DNA of 64,000 nucleotides from the human T2T-CHM13v2.0 reference genome, Homo sapiens. Below, in pieces: positions 42,893-58,215 of this stretch. Where the stretch lies: the NCBI RefSeq assembly GCF_009914755.1, contig NC_060942.1; one strand, given 5' to 3'. A program made the translations under genes and the position numbers. The number at the start of each line of letters is the position of its first letter. The first letter of the stretch is position 1. Below the pieces are notes generated by a model. It was not told where the DNA came from. It made no database searches and worked only from the letters and a program-made list of their open reading frames with translations.

Positions 42893-45149
42893 TTGAATGT
42901 TGTTGTTAAGGTTTTGTCGGGGTTGGGGTTTTGTTTTCGTTTTTGCATCATTTACCAGCACTACCTCCAGGATCCCTTCCCTTGGATCCTTCTAGATATA
43001 CCTATCTTCCTCTTTCTATGGAAAACAATTTAACTATTTTGTCTGTTACAACGTTTCAATAGACTTCCACTCAAAATTTTAAATAACAAGTCATTTTCTT
43101 TCATGAAGAATGGTTATTCAGAATTTTCACTCCATTTATACCTGTCCACATTAGTTTTTTAAGATCTTTCTATTTGATAGAGGAATTTGGTATCTATTTT
43201 TTTCCCTCTGTTTATTTCCTTGTCTTTGAGATTAGAGATCTGTCCTTTGGACACAGTTCATTTGTGTGTTTCTCCTTCTCTGAATTTTGGGTGTCATTTG
43301 CTCTTTAGTGACTGAGAAATTGTCCATAATTTTGTGCATCTGTTTTGTAAATTCCAGATGACTTCACTGTTGTTAAAATGAGCCAGTGGGGGAAGGTCTT
43401 GTCCATACTTGATCTAGAGAAATAAAAGTGGGACATTGTGTTCCCTGGGTCTGGACTGATGGGGTCACTGGTGATGAGACTGGGGACAATTTAGAGGGCA
43501 GATTGGCAGGTAAGGCATGGCCAGTCATGCTAGCAAACCAAAGCCAAAGGCCAACACTTTCTAGGTTTTATTAGCTCATTGCCCAAGGCATATCACTTGG
43601 TATAAATTTTAGCTATTTATTTATACTACTATATGCACTAATAGTAGTATTAGTACAAATAATACATATGAAAATAATACAATTGGATATGTCAAAATAC
43701 TTTTTTCATTGACACACTTTTTCAAATGCATTGTTAAATTCTGCTGTAAACCTGACATGTAGACATGAACAGTATGAATGGATATACATCGTTTATTCTG
43801 GAGAAGCATCCTTCAGTCACCCTCGTAATTATAATTATATGCCAGAAGTCTCAAGGAGCACTCACCTAGTGTGGGGCAGAAGGAGAACAAGGACCAGGAA
43901 ACTCTCCGTGGTAATCATCCTCAGCGCAGCATGGCGCCCAGGAGATGTATTCATAGTCTCACATCAGCTCGGAGCAATTGCTCTTTTACCATAAGGATCA
44001 TAACTTTGCATTTTAAAGGTAGAAACAACCAATTTGCCATGCAAGCATATTTTCTCAAGATAATCACAAAAAAATACCAGACCTTCAGAGGAAGTGATAA
44101 GATTCATGATTATGTACAATTTTATCCTGTGAAAGACAAAACTCCTTTATTTAACTGCTGACTTGACATTTTTACTTCATGTTACCTCATAAATATTGTA
44201 AGCAAAAATCAAGATGAGTGAAAATGCCTGCATGGCCAAAATTCAGGCGAACCCCTGATCTTTTGTATGAATTATTTTTCAAAAACTAAGCACCCATATT
44301 CAGCATGATGCTTACTAGTAGAAAATTGGTGCTTAAAATATGTGTCTCACTAACTTTGATAATATTGCTTCCATTTAGAAACCTGGGAAAAACCCAGTTA
44401 CTAATTTTTAACAATTAGAAATGCAAAATAATACTTAAATATTGCAATATAGTTATTATGAAAAGGTGGTTAGTGGTAGCAAATGTTATATGTCATACAA
44501 TTAAGGATTCTGTGATGTCATAGGTAGGCTTAATTTATTCCTAAACCTTCGTTGGTCAGGGATGCAAAGAGAAAGAATCTTTTCTCTAATGCATAACCAA
44601 GTGGTTAAGAGGAAAGATAAAACAGAAAGTTCTTAAATATGATACAAAAGCATAAAAATATAATTAATACATAATAAATATGAATTATGTTATATACACT
44701 ATAAGGTCTAAGTTAGTTAAGGAATTTCTCACATATGGACTCCAACATTTCTGTACTAACCCAGAGTTATCAATGCCCTTCTGGGTTGGTTTTTTTTTTT
44801 TTTTTTTTTAAATATCATTTGATTTGCCATCAAGAGTGTTAGTGGTACACATATCTTCATAAAAGAGTGTACTGCTGGGACTCTAAGATTTTCTTCTGAA
44901 CTACTGATATCAGTCCTGAAAGTTTTTTATGCTTGTTGGTGCAAAGTTTATCTACCAGAAGGTGTACACAGTAGGTTTTTAGACAACAAGGTCTCGTGTT
45001 TCTCTTTCAAATGGTCCTAAAACATTTCTTGACTGAAACATTGAAGAGTTGCAATTAACTAAAATATAGTCAAACACAAGACATGAAGTGCCAACATTGC
45101 ACAGAGCTTCAATTGAAGTGAGGAAATCCTGAGCCTGTACACACAGGCA

Positions 45150-45285
45150 ACAGCAGCCACATCACTACCACCACTTGGCAGCCATCATTTGGAGGCTGCT
45201 GTTCCATAGACGATGTCATAACAAAATATACCCCAATTTCAGAAATACTAAAATGTAAAAACATGTGCTTCTGTTGAATGAAGGA
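45150..45285. mobile_element. Possible Tc2/Kanga-type DNA transposon end
   Basis: ccccaatttcagaaatactaaaatgtaaaaacatgtgcttctgttgaat resembles the recalled terminal region. Confidence 0.35.
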
Positions 45286-46408
45286 ATTAATCAATGAATG
45301 GCTTCATTGTTTGAATAAAGCCAGCTGGGGGTGGTATATCCTGGGATACAGAAACCTAGGAATGAATGTGGTGACGTTTCACAAATCATGGGAGGAGATC
45401 AAACCAGAACTTCACAGCTCTCTTGACTTTATCTTCTTGATTCCAGAAATCATTCTTGATTTAATGACTATGAATGAAGTTTAGGAACTTTCTGAATGAG
45501 AATAAAAGAAGCCTAAAAGGCGACCAAAACTGTCATTGTGATTACTACAGACCAATTAGTAAAAAGCAATTCACGTTAAAGTATGTGTGGGTTCAATAAA
45601 AATGTATTGAACTTTAAACTTAATTGAGCAATAACTAAGATCAGAGTCTCCATTTCTCAATAAAAACAGTTTCCTAAGTCATTTAATTAATGCTGTCTCC
45701 GAGGGGGAAAAAAAAAAGCAGACCTGGTATTATCATAGCAAGAGATTTACCAGATTAGACACACAGAAGGAAAAGGCACTAGGTTCCTAAACACTTTGTC
45801 TTAGCATTATCTCTTTGGAATTAAAGCAAGGGTTTATATAGACCTATGATTTTAAAACATTGAAAACATCCCTGATGCAAATTTTTTTCATGGATGCCTT
45901 TGCTACTCTATACTTTGTAATTAAAACCCAATTAGATATTATGATTTAAATCTTTTTGTGGCACCAGAAACCTCATTTATTCTCTGGGCTACTTTATTTC
46001 ATTTATTGAACACTATGGTAAGAACTAAAGAAACAAAAATAGGTAACAAATAGTCCCTTCCCTTAATGAGCACATAGTGTACTTGGTAAGATAGATCAAC
46101 TAATGATTTCAATATAATATAGGAATTGCAATAAAATACATCCCAGGAGGGTTGTGTATTAGGAACATAGGTTAAGTTGTATCATTTTAAAAACATTAAT
46201 GATGTCAACCCCCAATCTCAATAGCTCAATACAACAAAGATTTATTTCCCACTCAAGCTATGCCTGATGCAGGCTTGGACAGATCACCAGGGCACCTGGA
46301 TTCAGAAACCTAGGATGCTGCAATCTTGTGACTCAGACATCTTCATGCTAACCTACCTCATTGCCATGCATAGCAGGGGAAGAAGGTGGGAACATTCTCC
46401 AACAAGCA

Positions 46409-46804
46409 TACTATGGACTCAATTGTTTCTCCCCAAAATTCATATGTTGAAACCCTAAACCCCAAACTTCTTATATCTTTATGACAAGAGCCAGAGATGA
46501 TAGGTCCTTTATAGATGGAATTAAAGTTAAATGAAGTAATAAGGGTGGGGTCCTAATCTGATTGATAGGATCGGTGGCTTTATAAGAAGGAGAAAGAAAC
46601 CTCTCAGTCCCTCTTCTCTGCCATGCAGAGGAAAGACCTCAAGAAGGTGACCATTTCCAAACCAGGAAGAAAGCCCTCACCAGAACCCAACCATGCTGGC
46701 ACCCTGATCTCAGACTCCAGCCTCCAGAGTGAGAAAATTAATTTCCGTTGTTTAAGTCACCCACTCTGTGTCATGTTTTTCTTATGGCAGCCTGCGCTAA
46801 TACA
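46409..46804 (+). mobile_element. MLT1A-like solo LTR nested in an older MLT1 relic
   Basis: tactatggactcaattg...caaaattcatatgttgaaacccta...aaccatgctggcaccctgatctcagact...ttatggcagcctgcgctaataca. Confidence 0.8.
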
Positions 46805-47128
46805 AAACATTTAAATACTTTAGTACAGTGGTAATGCATGTTATTTCTATTAATAGCCCACCACCCAGAAGGTGGCCTCCACAGCCCCCCCACCCCACAT
46901 CTGCGAGGGGACAAGTAGGGAGTATGTGGAATATTTGGAAAGTATATTGTCTCTGCCACAGTCATATCTTCTGATGAGCGAAGATCCCTTTTCTCTCTTC
47001 TTCCTACACACTCAATTGTTCCTTAAGGGAAACAATCCAAAAAGCAATCCAGCAAGCCACTGATTATAGCTCAAAGTCCAGAGTCTGCAGGCGATTTGTA
47101 GCAGTGTGTACATCAGGTCCAGATATGA

Positions 47129-47434
<306 letters not shown>

Positions 47435-48507
47435 GATATGACTTCTTATAGTTCCAAAAGAATGATCCAGAAAAAGATGCTTCTTTTCCCCCCTCTACCC
47501 ACCCTGGCCCAAGGAACAGTGGCTTAAGAGAGGTGGGATGCCTGCCCCTGCAAACACTCCCATTCAAGGGAAAGTTTGGGAGGCAAGCAGGCAACAGTCA
47601 CTGGTCCTGGTAATTCTGAATTGCTGCTTGCCAGATATCTTCAGGGTCTTTATCCAGAATTAACAAGGATATGTGGCTGGGCCCTCATTCTGCTCTTTGG
47701 GAAGAACGTGCCAATCCTCTATTCCACTTGGTTCTGCCCTCGGCCCTCCAGGAGGATTTTCCTTTATCATTATCCTCCTTGTCCATATTCGAACTGGACG
47801 TTGGGAAAATGTTCTCTTTGAAGCGTTGCACGTTTCTCAGTCCACATTCTACCCTGAGAAGTTGTAGTAGAGATCTGAAGGTTACTGAATCTTAACAAGT
47901 TATAAATATTTTTTATTTACAGCCTGTTTTCCCTGTAAAACTTTGTCAAAATATTACAAGATTTCTTGTGTATTTAGTGCCAATCACTTGTACCAAGGAA
48001 GTGTTTTCTTGGTTTGTTTTTGTTTTGTTTTGTTTTGTTTTTTGAGCTCTATTTCTCAGATATGCTCTGATTGTTTATTTCTTCCCTCAAAACTGTCTTT
48101 TGATTTGAAAGGTGCCTTGACTTTGTCAGGTTTTTGTAGGAGCAGCACTCACTTAATTAGATAAAAATGACCCAGGGCAAAGAATTAACAGATTATAATG
48201 GGTATCCTACCCTTGAGCTGCTTTTTACCTTGACATACCTTAATTGAAAGGTTTTAGCAATAATTGTGGAGATTACACTTAATCTGCTCTTTTCCTTGAG
48301 ACTGCTTTAGCTTGGTTTTGTCACTTAAAAACATTAAGTGTCTGTCTCAGAGTTCTCTTTTCCAATTTTACAAGGTTTTGAATTTTTCAAATGCCTTTCA
48401 TTTTTGCTTGAAAATTCTCAATTTCTTTCTAAGAGCCTCTTTCTTTTTAGTACCATATCAGTCAACAAACACTGTTAACATTTTGTTATCTAACCACTTT
48501 CCCTAGA

Positions 48508-49157
48508 TGTTGTTGGAGGAATAAAATTAAAAACAAAATCTCCCAATGCAGAAATCTTCTCCATAAATGTGATTAAAAAAAAAAAAACACTCCATTATTT
48601 CTGCTAAGAAACTGCAGACAGAGGGAGAATACCACCCTTTGATATAGCCATCCAGGTACAACTCAATACATGCAGGTTCTCAAGGTAAACAATTACTGGT
48701 CTCAAGCGAGAGAACTTGACAGCACTGTTTGTCACACATGCCTCATCCTTGTAACTGGGGTAACCATTTGTGTTGGCTAATTGGCTTTATGCAGAGGAAA
48801 AACAAACTTCTTGTATCTTTATGACAAGAGACAGTTTTGCAAGTTGGAGAGAAGTAGCACCTGAAGTTAGGCACCCTCTCTGTTACAGAAACTAGGAGAT
48901 GGGGGTGCATCTCCCTTCAGATTTACATGTCAAAGGCACGGTTCATGAGTCCTTGAGAAAGGCATTTTAGGGTCTTAAAGCTGACAAAAGACCTATCTGG
49001 TTTTCAGAAGAATTATTTACATTTCAAAGAGAGGAGGAAGTGCTTACAACCGAAAGTTTTCTAAAGTTATATGCCCTAAAAAACAGGAAGGACAATTGCC
49101 CATTTTCAACAGGGAGAATAGAGCCTCTTATTTTTAAATTTCACATTTGTCCATACA
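48508..49157 (-). mobile_element. ERV1-class solo LTR (subfamily not assigned)
   Basis: TG...CA termini; the minus strand starts tgtatggacaaatgtgaaatttaaaaataagaggctctattctccctgttgaaaat, typical of MER4-group LTRs. Confidence 0.65.
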
Positions 49158-49171
49158 ATCAAGAAACTCTT

Positions 49172-50004
<833 letters not shown>

Positions 50005-51159
50005 AGAAACTCTTAAGACATGAAATCGGCCTACCAAGTTATCACAAGTTCTACTAAGAGGCAAGAGCTTTACCGAATATCTCACTGCTAAATATCATTC
50101 TCCCAGCTTGCTTACTAGTTTCCTTTATCCCTGGCCCAGCCACTATTTCAGTGCCCTGTATCTTAGGGCTATTTATTCATTTATCACTGTACCACTATTA
50201 GGATCAAGTATTAGGATCATCACTTATCCTTAAGTGATGAACAAAGTCTCCGTGGTTTATGCAACTGGAACTGATCTCTCACTCATGCTAGTCCACTCTG
50301 ATTCTGGGCAACTATCCTAGGCAATTAGGACAACACTCACATCAAAAAATAGATGCTTTGGCTTCAGCAGGTGTCCCTTCTGTTCATAGCCCTTTCTTGG
50401 GAACTAGTGATAAGGTTTCCAGATTGTGCTGGGTGCAGGAAATGAAGGGGAGCATGAGACATTTGGAGAACAGTCCTATCTAGGCAAACGGGCACCAAGT
50501 TTAATTGTAGGGACTCAGGAAAAGCTTCCTGAAGAAGATGATTTGCACGGCGAATCATAAAATATGAGTTGGACTTCTTTAAGGTAGAGTGTGAGGTTGG
50601 CATGAGGATAGAGGGGTCAGGTTACTCTCCACGACGCACAGCACAGGCAGAGCACGGATGGTTCCTTCTTAGCGGATTTTAGCTGCTGGAGATTAGAGTA
50701 AGAATAAAGTGGGCAGAGAGTTTGTTAAAAGTCAGATAAAGCTCAAAACCAGGAGTGTTTTCTATGTCATGTCAAAAAATAAATTGGACTTTATCTTACA
50801 GGCAGCAAGGAGTTGTTTTTTAATGTAGCAAGTAAACAGATTTAAATTTTAGATATGTCTATCTGGTGACTCTGTGGAGGATATTTTAATAATAATCCTT
50901 TAGGTTAATAATTTATAATACGCAATGTGCCTAGGGCAATATTGTCTGAGCAATCGTGGTTTGAAATGACATGGGAGAATGAATCAGACCGCTCCGACTC
51001 CGCTTCTGCATGAGCCAGCACTTTCCCTGTGCCTTCAGTTATATTCTGTTAACCTTTCCAAGGCTTGATTTCCTCATCTGTGAGAACCTGATAAAAATAT
51101 ACTCTGCTATGTCCACCTTCAGTGCTGATATGAGGATCAAATGAAATAATGTGCTTTGA

Positions 51160-51527
<368 letters not shown>

Positions 51528-52549
51528 CTATTTTTACCTGCACAGCACTGGACAGGGCAATATAGGGAATCAAAAACGAGCCTTTCCTTTGAAGAAATCA
51601 ACATTCTTTCACGAAAAATGCTAAAACACCAGAGCATGATTTTGTAGCTTGAGCTGCAGGAGAGTGATTGCAAACAGTGAACCGAGTGTGAACTCACAGT
51701 GGGGCTCTCTCTGTGGGAGAGCGATGCCAATATCACTGCTTTGTCCTTATTTAGAACATTTCGTGAAATCTTCTTTAAGGGGACTTTTCAAAGCAAGTTC
51801 ATGTGCCCTTCAAGAACATCCATCGTATGACTCTGGTGTCACTTACTTTAATGGTGGTAATAACCACATGCATTAGCCTCACAACTTGTGAGGCTTGAAA
51901 TCTAATGAGTGCTAGGAATGGAGTCCTGAAACTATTATTTTTAAATTAAATAGCCAAAGTCTTGTCAAAATTCCTTATAAATGAAAATATGTTTCATTCT
52001 TAGTCAAATAGATTAACTTATCCTTGACACAAATGTTAATTTTTTTCCCATTTTTTATTGCAATATTTTTTAAAAAAATATGTTGATAGATGTGGATTCA
52101 AGTCATCTACTTTTGTTGGGAAAATGTTAAAACTCTCACAACAAAAGTCTAGGAGGAGGGTCAAAATTATAGTTGCCCTTGTATTTACAAGATTTTTTTC
52201 TTGGTGTTAAATAAATTCTAGACAAAGATTATAAATTCATTATTATCTTTATCTTTTACATACACATATCATATTATATGTACTTGATCATGGTAATTAA
52301 CTCACAATGTCTTATGTTTTACTAAAATTAAAGAATTTAAAATTATCTGGGTTATTTAGCATTAGCAAAAGGGTAAAGAAAAAAGATATTTTTCTTGTTA
52401 TAAATAAAATTCAAATTGTGATAAAATCTGTTCTTTCAAAACTATTTTTTGGTCTTTTATTTCTTCTAATATCTTTACTTGCTTAGATTTTTCACCATCT
52501 GATTATAACTTCTTGGCCACTTGATTTTTTAAAAAATTATAAACTTACG

Positions 52550-52842
52550 GGCTAGGCACCACTGCTCAAGCCTACATTCCCAGCACTTTCAGAGGCCAAG
52601 GCTGCCAGATCGCTTGAGCTCTAGGAGTTCAAGAGCAGACTTGGCAACATAGTGAGACTGCTTCTCTACTAAAAATACAAAAAATTGGCTGGGTGTGGTG
52701 GTGTGCACCTTTAGTCCCAGCTACTGGGGAGGCTGAGGTGAGAGAATCACCTGAACCCGGGAGTTTGAAACTGCACTGAGCCATGTTCATGCCACTGCAC
52801 TCTAGCCTGGTCAACAGAGTGAGACCCTCTCTCAGAAAAAAG
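52550..52842 (+). mobile_element. Alu (AluJ-like)
   Basis: TSD aaattataaacttac on both flanks. Confidence 0.92.
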
Positions 52843-54654
52843 AAAATTATAAACTTACTATTTTTAATAATTTTCATTACTGTAAATGAAGCAGATCAGA
52901 AGAGGTTTAACAAAACTTAAAGGGGAAAAAACTGACTTTTTGGACACTGAATATATTCTAAACATTTTTCTAATTTTCACATACATTATAGCACAAAAGT
53001 CCTACAAAATAGGTATTCTCATGCTTCTCACAAATGAAAGGAATACAACTCAAGAATCAAAATCAATTTGCACACACATAGTAAAACCAATCCAAACCTC
53101 ACAGTGCTGCAAAAACACATGTTCTTCTCATGATAACATAGCTTTGCTAATACGTCTCAGGTTTTGTGTTTGGAGGTCAAAGAACTTAATTTGTGTGGTA
53201 GAGGTTCCAACAGCAATTACTAATAGATGGGAAAACATATTATCTTTTGTCCCGAGGAGATATTAGATTACAAAAAGCAAAATTAGTGCTAATGTAGAGC
53301 AAAATTAGTGTTAAGTGTAGAACTTCCAGACACTAGATTTCTTTTGTTAATATTTCTAAGTAGATCATGGATTCATAATTGTCTTAAAAGATAATGTAGT
53401 CCATCATAAGATATTCTGCCATGAGAACAAAAACCGATTAAACTACAAATAAAATTGGGTGTTTTTTGTTTGCTTATTTTACCATGAAGAGTTGACTTAG
53501 ATGAAATAGGTAGCTTGGTTTATTCAAAACAAGTTCTACTTTCACCTGACCCAAGCAAGGCTGTGTCTTAATAGAAGATACAGAGACACTAGAGGTGATG
53601 GGAGCATAAGGCTCAACATTTGCTGCTGATCTTAGATCTGCCCTCTAGCTTTGGTTTGTCTGCTGTTACTCTTCAGGCTAGGTCTACAGTTCCAGAGAAA
53701 TATTTTAGAGTTAATCAACCCTTCAAACAGAGGTGAGAAAAAGCTTTCAAATTTGTTTTCCATATATGGCACCTGGAACACCGGCATTATAAGACACCTC
53801 CAATTCATATCATTAGAGGAGCAAAGAAAACAAATGCACAGAGATCCTGAGTCCATGATATGCTTTCCCTCAGACCTATTTCCAAATAAATATTTTCATT
53901 TACAAGTAAAATTAGTAGGCAATTAGCACCTATGGAATTCATTACCTTTGGAAATACAATCCCGATGATAGTGGAATCTTTTAATGACGAACGAGGTAAC
54001 ATATTCAAATAAAATCATCCTTAATGAAGCTGTGATTAAAAACCACTGCAATTTTCATACCGTTGTTAAAAATTATGTTACTTGTAGAACTTTTACTAAA
54101 TTTTACTTTTCATGTTGATTAAAAACAAAGCAATTAGTTGGTATATTCTCTGAATCATTTCTTTGGAAAATCAGCATCTACTTGGATTACAATTAGTATA
54201 CATGAAAAAATAATGCTACTCTATTCTTTAATATGAAAATATATTTGCTCCTTGAAATTCTGAACAATCCATTTTCCTTTGACATTTGTTTGTCCAAATA
54301 CTCCTCAGGGCATCACATATTTATTTGCTCATCTATTGCCTGATGTGTTTCAATTATTTAATTGTATAATACATGAAAAGTGCCAAATAGTTAATTTTAT
54401 CCTACTTTGTAGGGCTGATGTCAAGTCAGTTAGGAAAATAAACAATACCACTTTGTATCAGAAGAAAAAATCTTTCCTGACTTTTAATACTTTGTGAATT
54501 CTGTAGGCGAAACCATTCGTGGCAGGCCCCATACTTGTTTTCTGTTAGTTTTAGGTACTTGTCTTTTTCCTTATAGTCACCCTAAAAAACTCAAAATAAC
54601 CAGACAATTGATGATTAATCATTCTCTATACTGGCATAAAAAATGAACCTTTTC

Positions 54655-55076
<422 letters not shown>

Positions 55077-55114
55077 TTACAACTCAGAATAAAATAGGAA
55101 AATACTAATTTTCA

Positions 55115-55505
<391 letters not shown>

Positions 55506-56142
55506 TGTGCATTGGAAGCTCACGTCTCCAAAATCCCCAGTAAATGAAGTGCTAAATATAAAATTATATCTTTCCTGATTTGATTACATAGGTGGAAAAG
55601 ATGCTTGAAAATATTGCTTTCAAGATACACGAGACTGACCTTGAAATTACAGCTACAATTTAGAAACTCGGAGATTTTTTGCATGCCAGATTATCTAAAG
55701 GGTATCCGTTACTCTCTCACAAATGATCACTGAGTTTCTATTATTTCAGAGATATTCAGGACGCCCAGATCACAATCTATCCCTAGCCAGTTGAATGAGA
55801 AAGCTATTATTTATCGTTTTAAAATCATGATTAATCCAGTTGTGGGAAAAGCACAAAGAAATGAAAGGTAGAACTTGTGACAATTATTCAACGAGATCTC
55901 AAATTCATGAAGATTTTTGCTGAATTGGGGAAGAAAAGATTTAGAAGTATGCAGGTAGCTAAAAAGTCAGATATGTTTATTTCTGTCATCATTATACCAA
56001 AATAGCATTAAAGAACTAATACTGTGGGAGGTAGCATGGATTGTGGAATAAGCTTCCTGCATACCAAATCTCTTTTATTTATGTGTATTCCAGAGGTTCC
56101 TAACAACTGAATGCAACTCTCTTAACACAAATATACTTATGT

Positions 56143-56342
56143 ACAGGCAGAATTTGCTGAGATACTAATGAGCTATGGCTTCAGGACCCCTCTGTTAAAG
56201 GTGACCTTGCACCCTGTTCACATGTGATCATATATTTTTTGTCATTTTGCACATGACAATTATTTTTCTGTTCTTTATATTTAAGTAAAACGGCCTCTAA
56301 AATTGTATAAGTTTTCAGCCTCACAAAACTTGCATCTGTACC
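56143..56342 (+). mobile_element. MER53-like hAT DNA transposon
   Basis: ctaatgagctatggcttcaggacccctc...aaattgtataagttttcagcctcacaaaacttgcatctg. Confidence 0.55.
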
Positions 56343-57779
56343 TTCTTACTCTTATATCTGTTTAATTATCTTACTCAAAGGGGTGCTGGATTTCTAGAAC
56401 TATATCATACCTTTTTTACACCTCCTCCTTTTCAAGTGGAACCCGTGAAACTCCCAGGATGGTAGATCTGCATTGGTGTTGTGGTATATCACCATGAAAC
56501 GTGATGCTACTGAATCACATAGGATTAAGCTCCCAGTCTTGGCTCTAAGCTCATCAGTACTCCCAGCAAAGTGGTGAAAATAAATTATAGATTCAAGGAT
56601 GTGTCCCACTATGGTGGAGGAAGGTACACACCTAATCTATGATCATTTCTGTCTCGAGTACCACTAAAGGGACCTCCAGCGGGACAGGAGGTGATGCAGT
56701 CTCATCTCCTTGTAAACGTGCTGGTGAGAAAACTCCTGGTAAATAGACTACTGATCTTTACCAAAAAGAGACTCCCTATATACAGACTGCTCTTAGCAGC
56801 ATTGCTTCTAGTTTAGGATTACCTATGGTAAACAGACGTACAGCTTCTGGATTTAGGAGGCAGAGCTTTCTGGAGAATAACAAACTACAGTTGGGATATT
56901 AAATAGATTTCCTAACTCACACACTCCTTGCTGGGGGCACTAGTGCAGACCTGGTGTAGTCTGAGCCAGACAATGCACACCCGAAGGCAGAAGCGGGGCC
57001 CTGGGAGCTGCCTGGACAGACTAGACCTCTCCTGCTTTGTCCTGGGCCTCCTGATTCTTTCTGTCAGTGTTTCTATACTTAGATTGTTTCTAAATATCAG
57101 TAACTTGATGTTTAGTAAATTCTCTTGATAATTTCATCCTTTTTATTGGCTCATGCACCAATATGCTCAAAAATAGTTTATGTGGAATAAGTAAAATAAA
57201 CTTAGAACAGAAATTATGCTCTGTTAATGTTCTTTTATAAATGAGTAAGCCATAAAAATAAATATTTTTTAGCAATATATCTGCCTCAGAAGAAAAAAAC
57301 TAATAAACGTTGCAAAGAGATTGTTTTAAATACCAATATACCAATTGGTATAAAAAGAATTTAGAAGGAAATTTTGCAAGGCAATTCACCTTGATCATTA
57401 AATATTTAGCAATATTTTCATAAAAGTATTTTTCATCTATGCAGTGCAAAATGTGATGAGTGTATTTATATAAATTTAGGTAAGTTGGATTATACTTTCA
57501 TTGACTCAGAATTACTCCAATAATACACGAATCAAGAAAGACTTGGTATGAACAATATGTATATGCAGAAATCAAATCATACCATAGAAAATTACTTTGT
57601 ATATTTATTTAATGTGTTTTTTTGTAATAAATACAATATGAGACACTCATTACCTAGGGAAAAGCTCTAGAATGAAAAATCCTTTATATATGACTAAATG
57701 TGGCACTATTACGTTATACATGTCTCCCATTAAGGCCATGTAAGGAAGTGCTTTGAACAAGAATATAAAATCTACAAGA

Positions 57780-57975
57780 CAAATCGGTCTAGATTCTGCA
57801 AGATACTTCTCTCCTTTGGGGATTAGTTTCCTAATCTAAAAACTGGAGATTAATTTTGCCCAGGCCACGCAGTTGTTTTTAGAATTAAGTGAGATGACAC
57901 TTAATTTAGAATTAAGTGATGATGACGTCCTGGCAAAATGTAAGCACACCATAAATGGAAGCCACATTTATTATT
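57780..57975 (+). mobile_element. MIR fragment
   Basis: tagtttcctaatctaaaaactggagat...gttgtttttagaattaagtgagatga...aaaatgtaagcac. Confidence 0.6.
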
Positions 57976-58149
57976 AATTGGACCCATTGATGTCTTCTTT
58001 AAAACTTTAAGACAGTAGCAGAACTTAAAGGGCACCAAGGTTTTATATTTTTAAAGATAAAGTAGAAATCAGGTCCCAGGGCAGGATGCACACAGGCTAA
58101 ACTAAGTAGCATATGGTCTGGCAACTTTTCAGACTGTAGAGGCAGAGGC

Positions 58150-58215
58150 ATCAATCAGCTCTCGCGATCTCACGCACCCTGTTGCATGACAGAGCTGTCA
58201 GTCGAGTGCATTGTT
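58150..58215. promoter_or_regulatory. Candidate intronic enhancer motif cluster (PBX, paired MEIS/TGIF, SOX)
   Basis: ATCAATCA (58150-58157), TGACAG-ag-CTGTCA (58187-58200) and CATTGTT (58209-58215) in non-repetitive DNA with retained CpGs; motif evidence only. Confidence 0.35.

Noticed and set aside
52886-53266. 126-aa non-Alu ORF
   Set aside because: No recognisable domain and AT-rich codons; a length this size is expected by chance across six frames of 64 kb.
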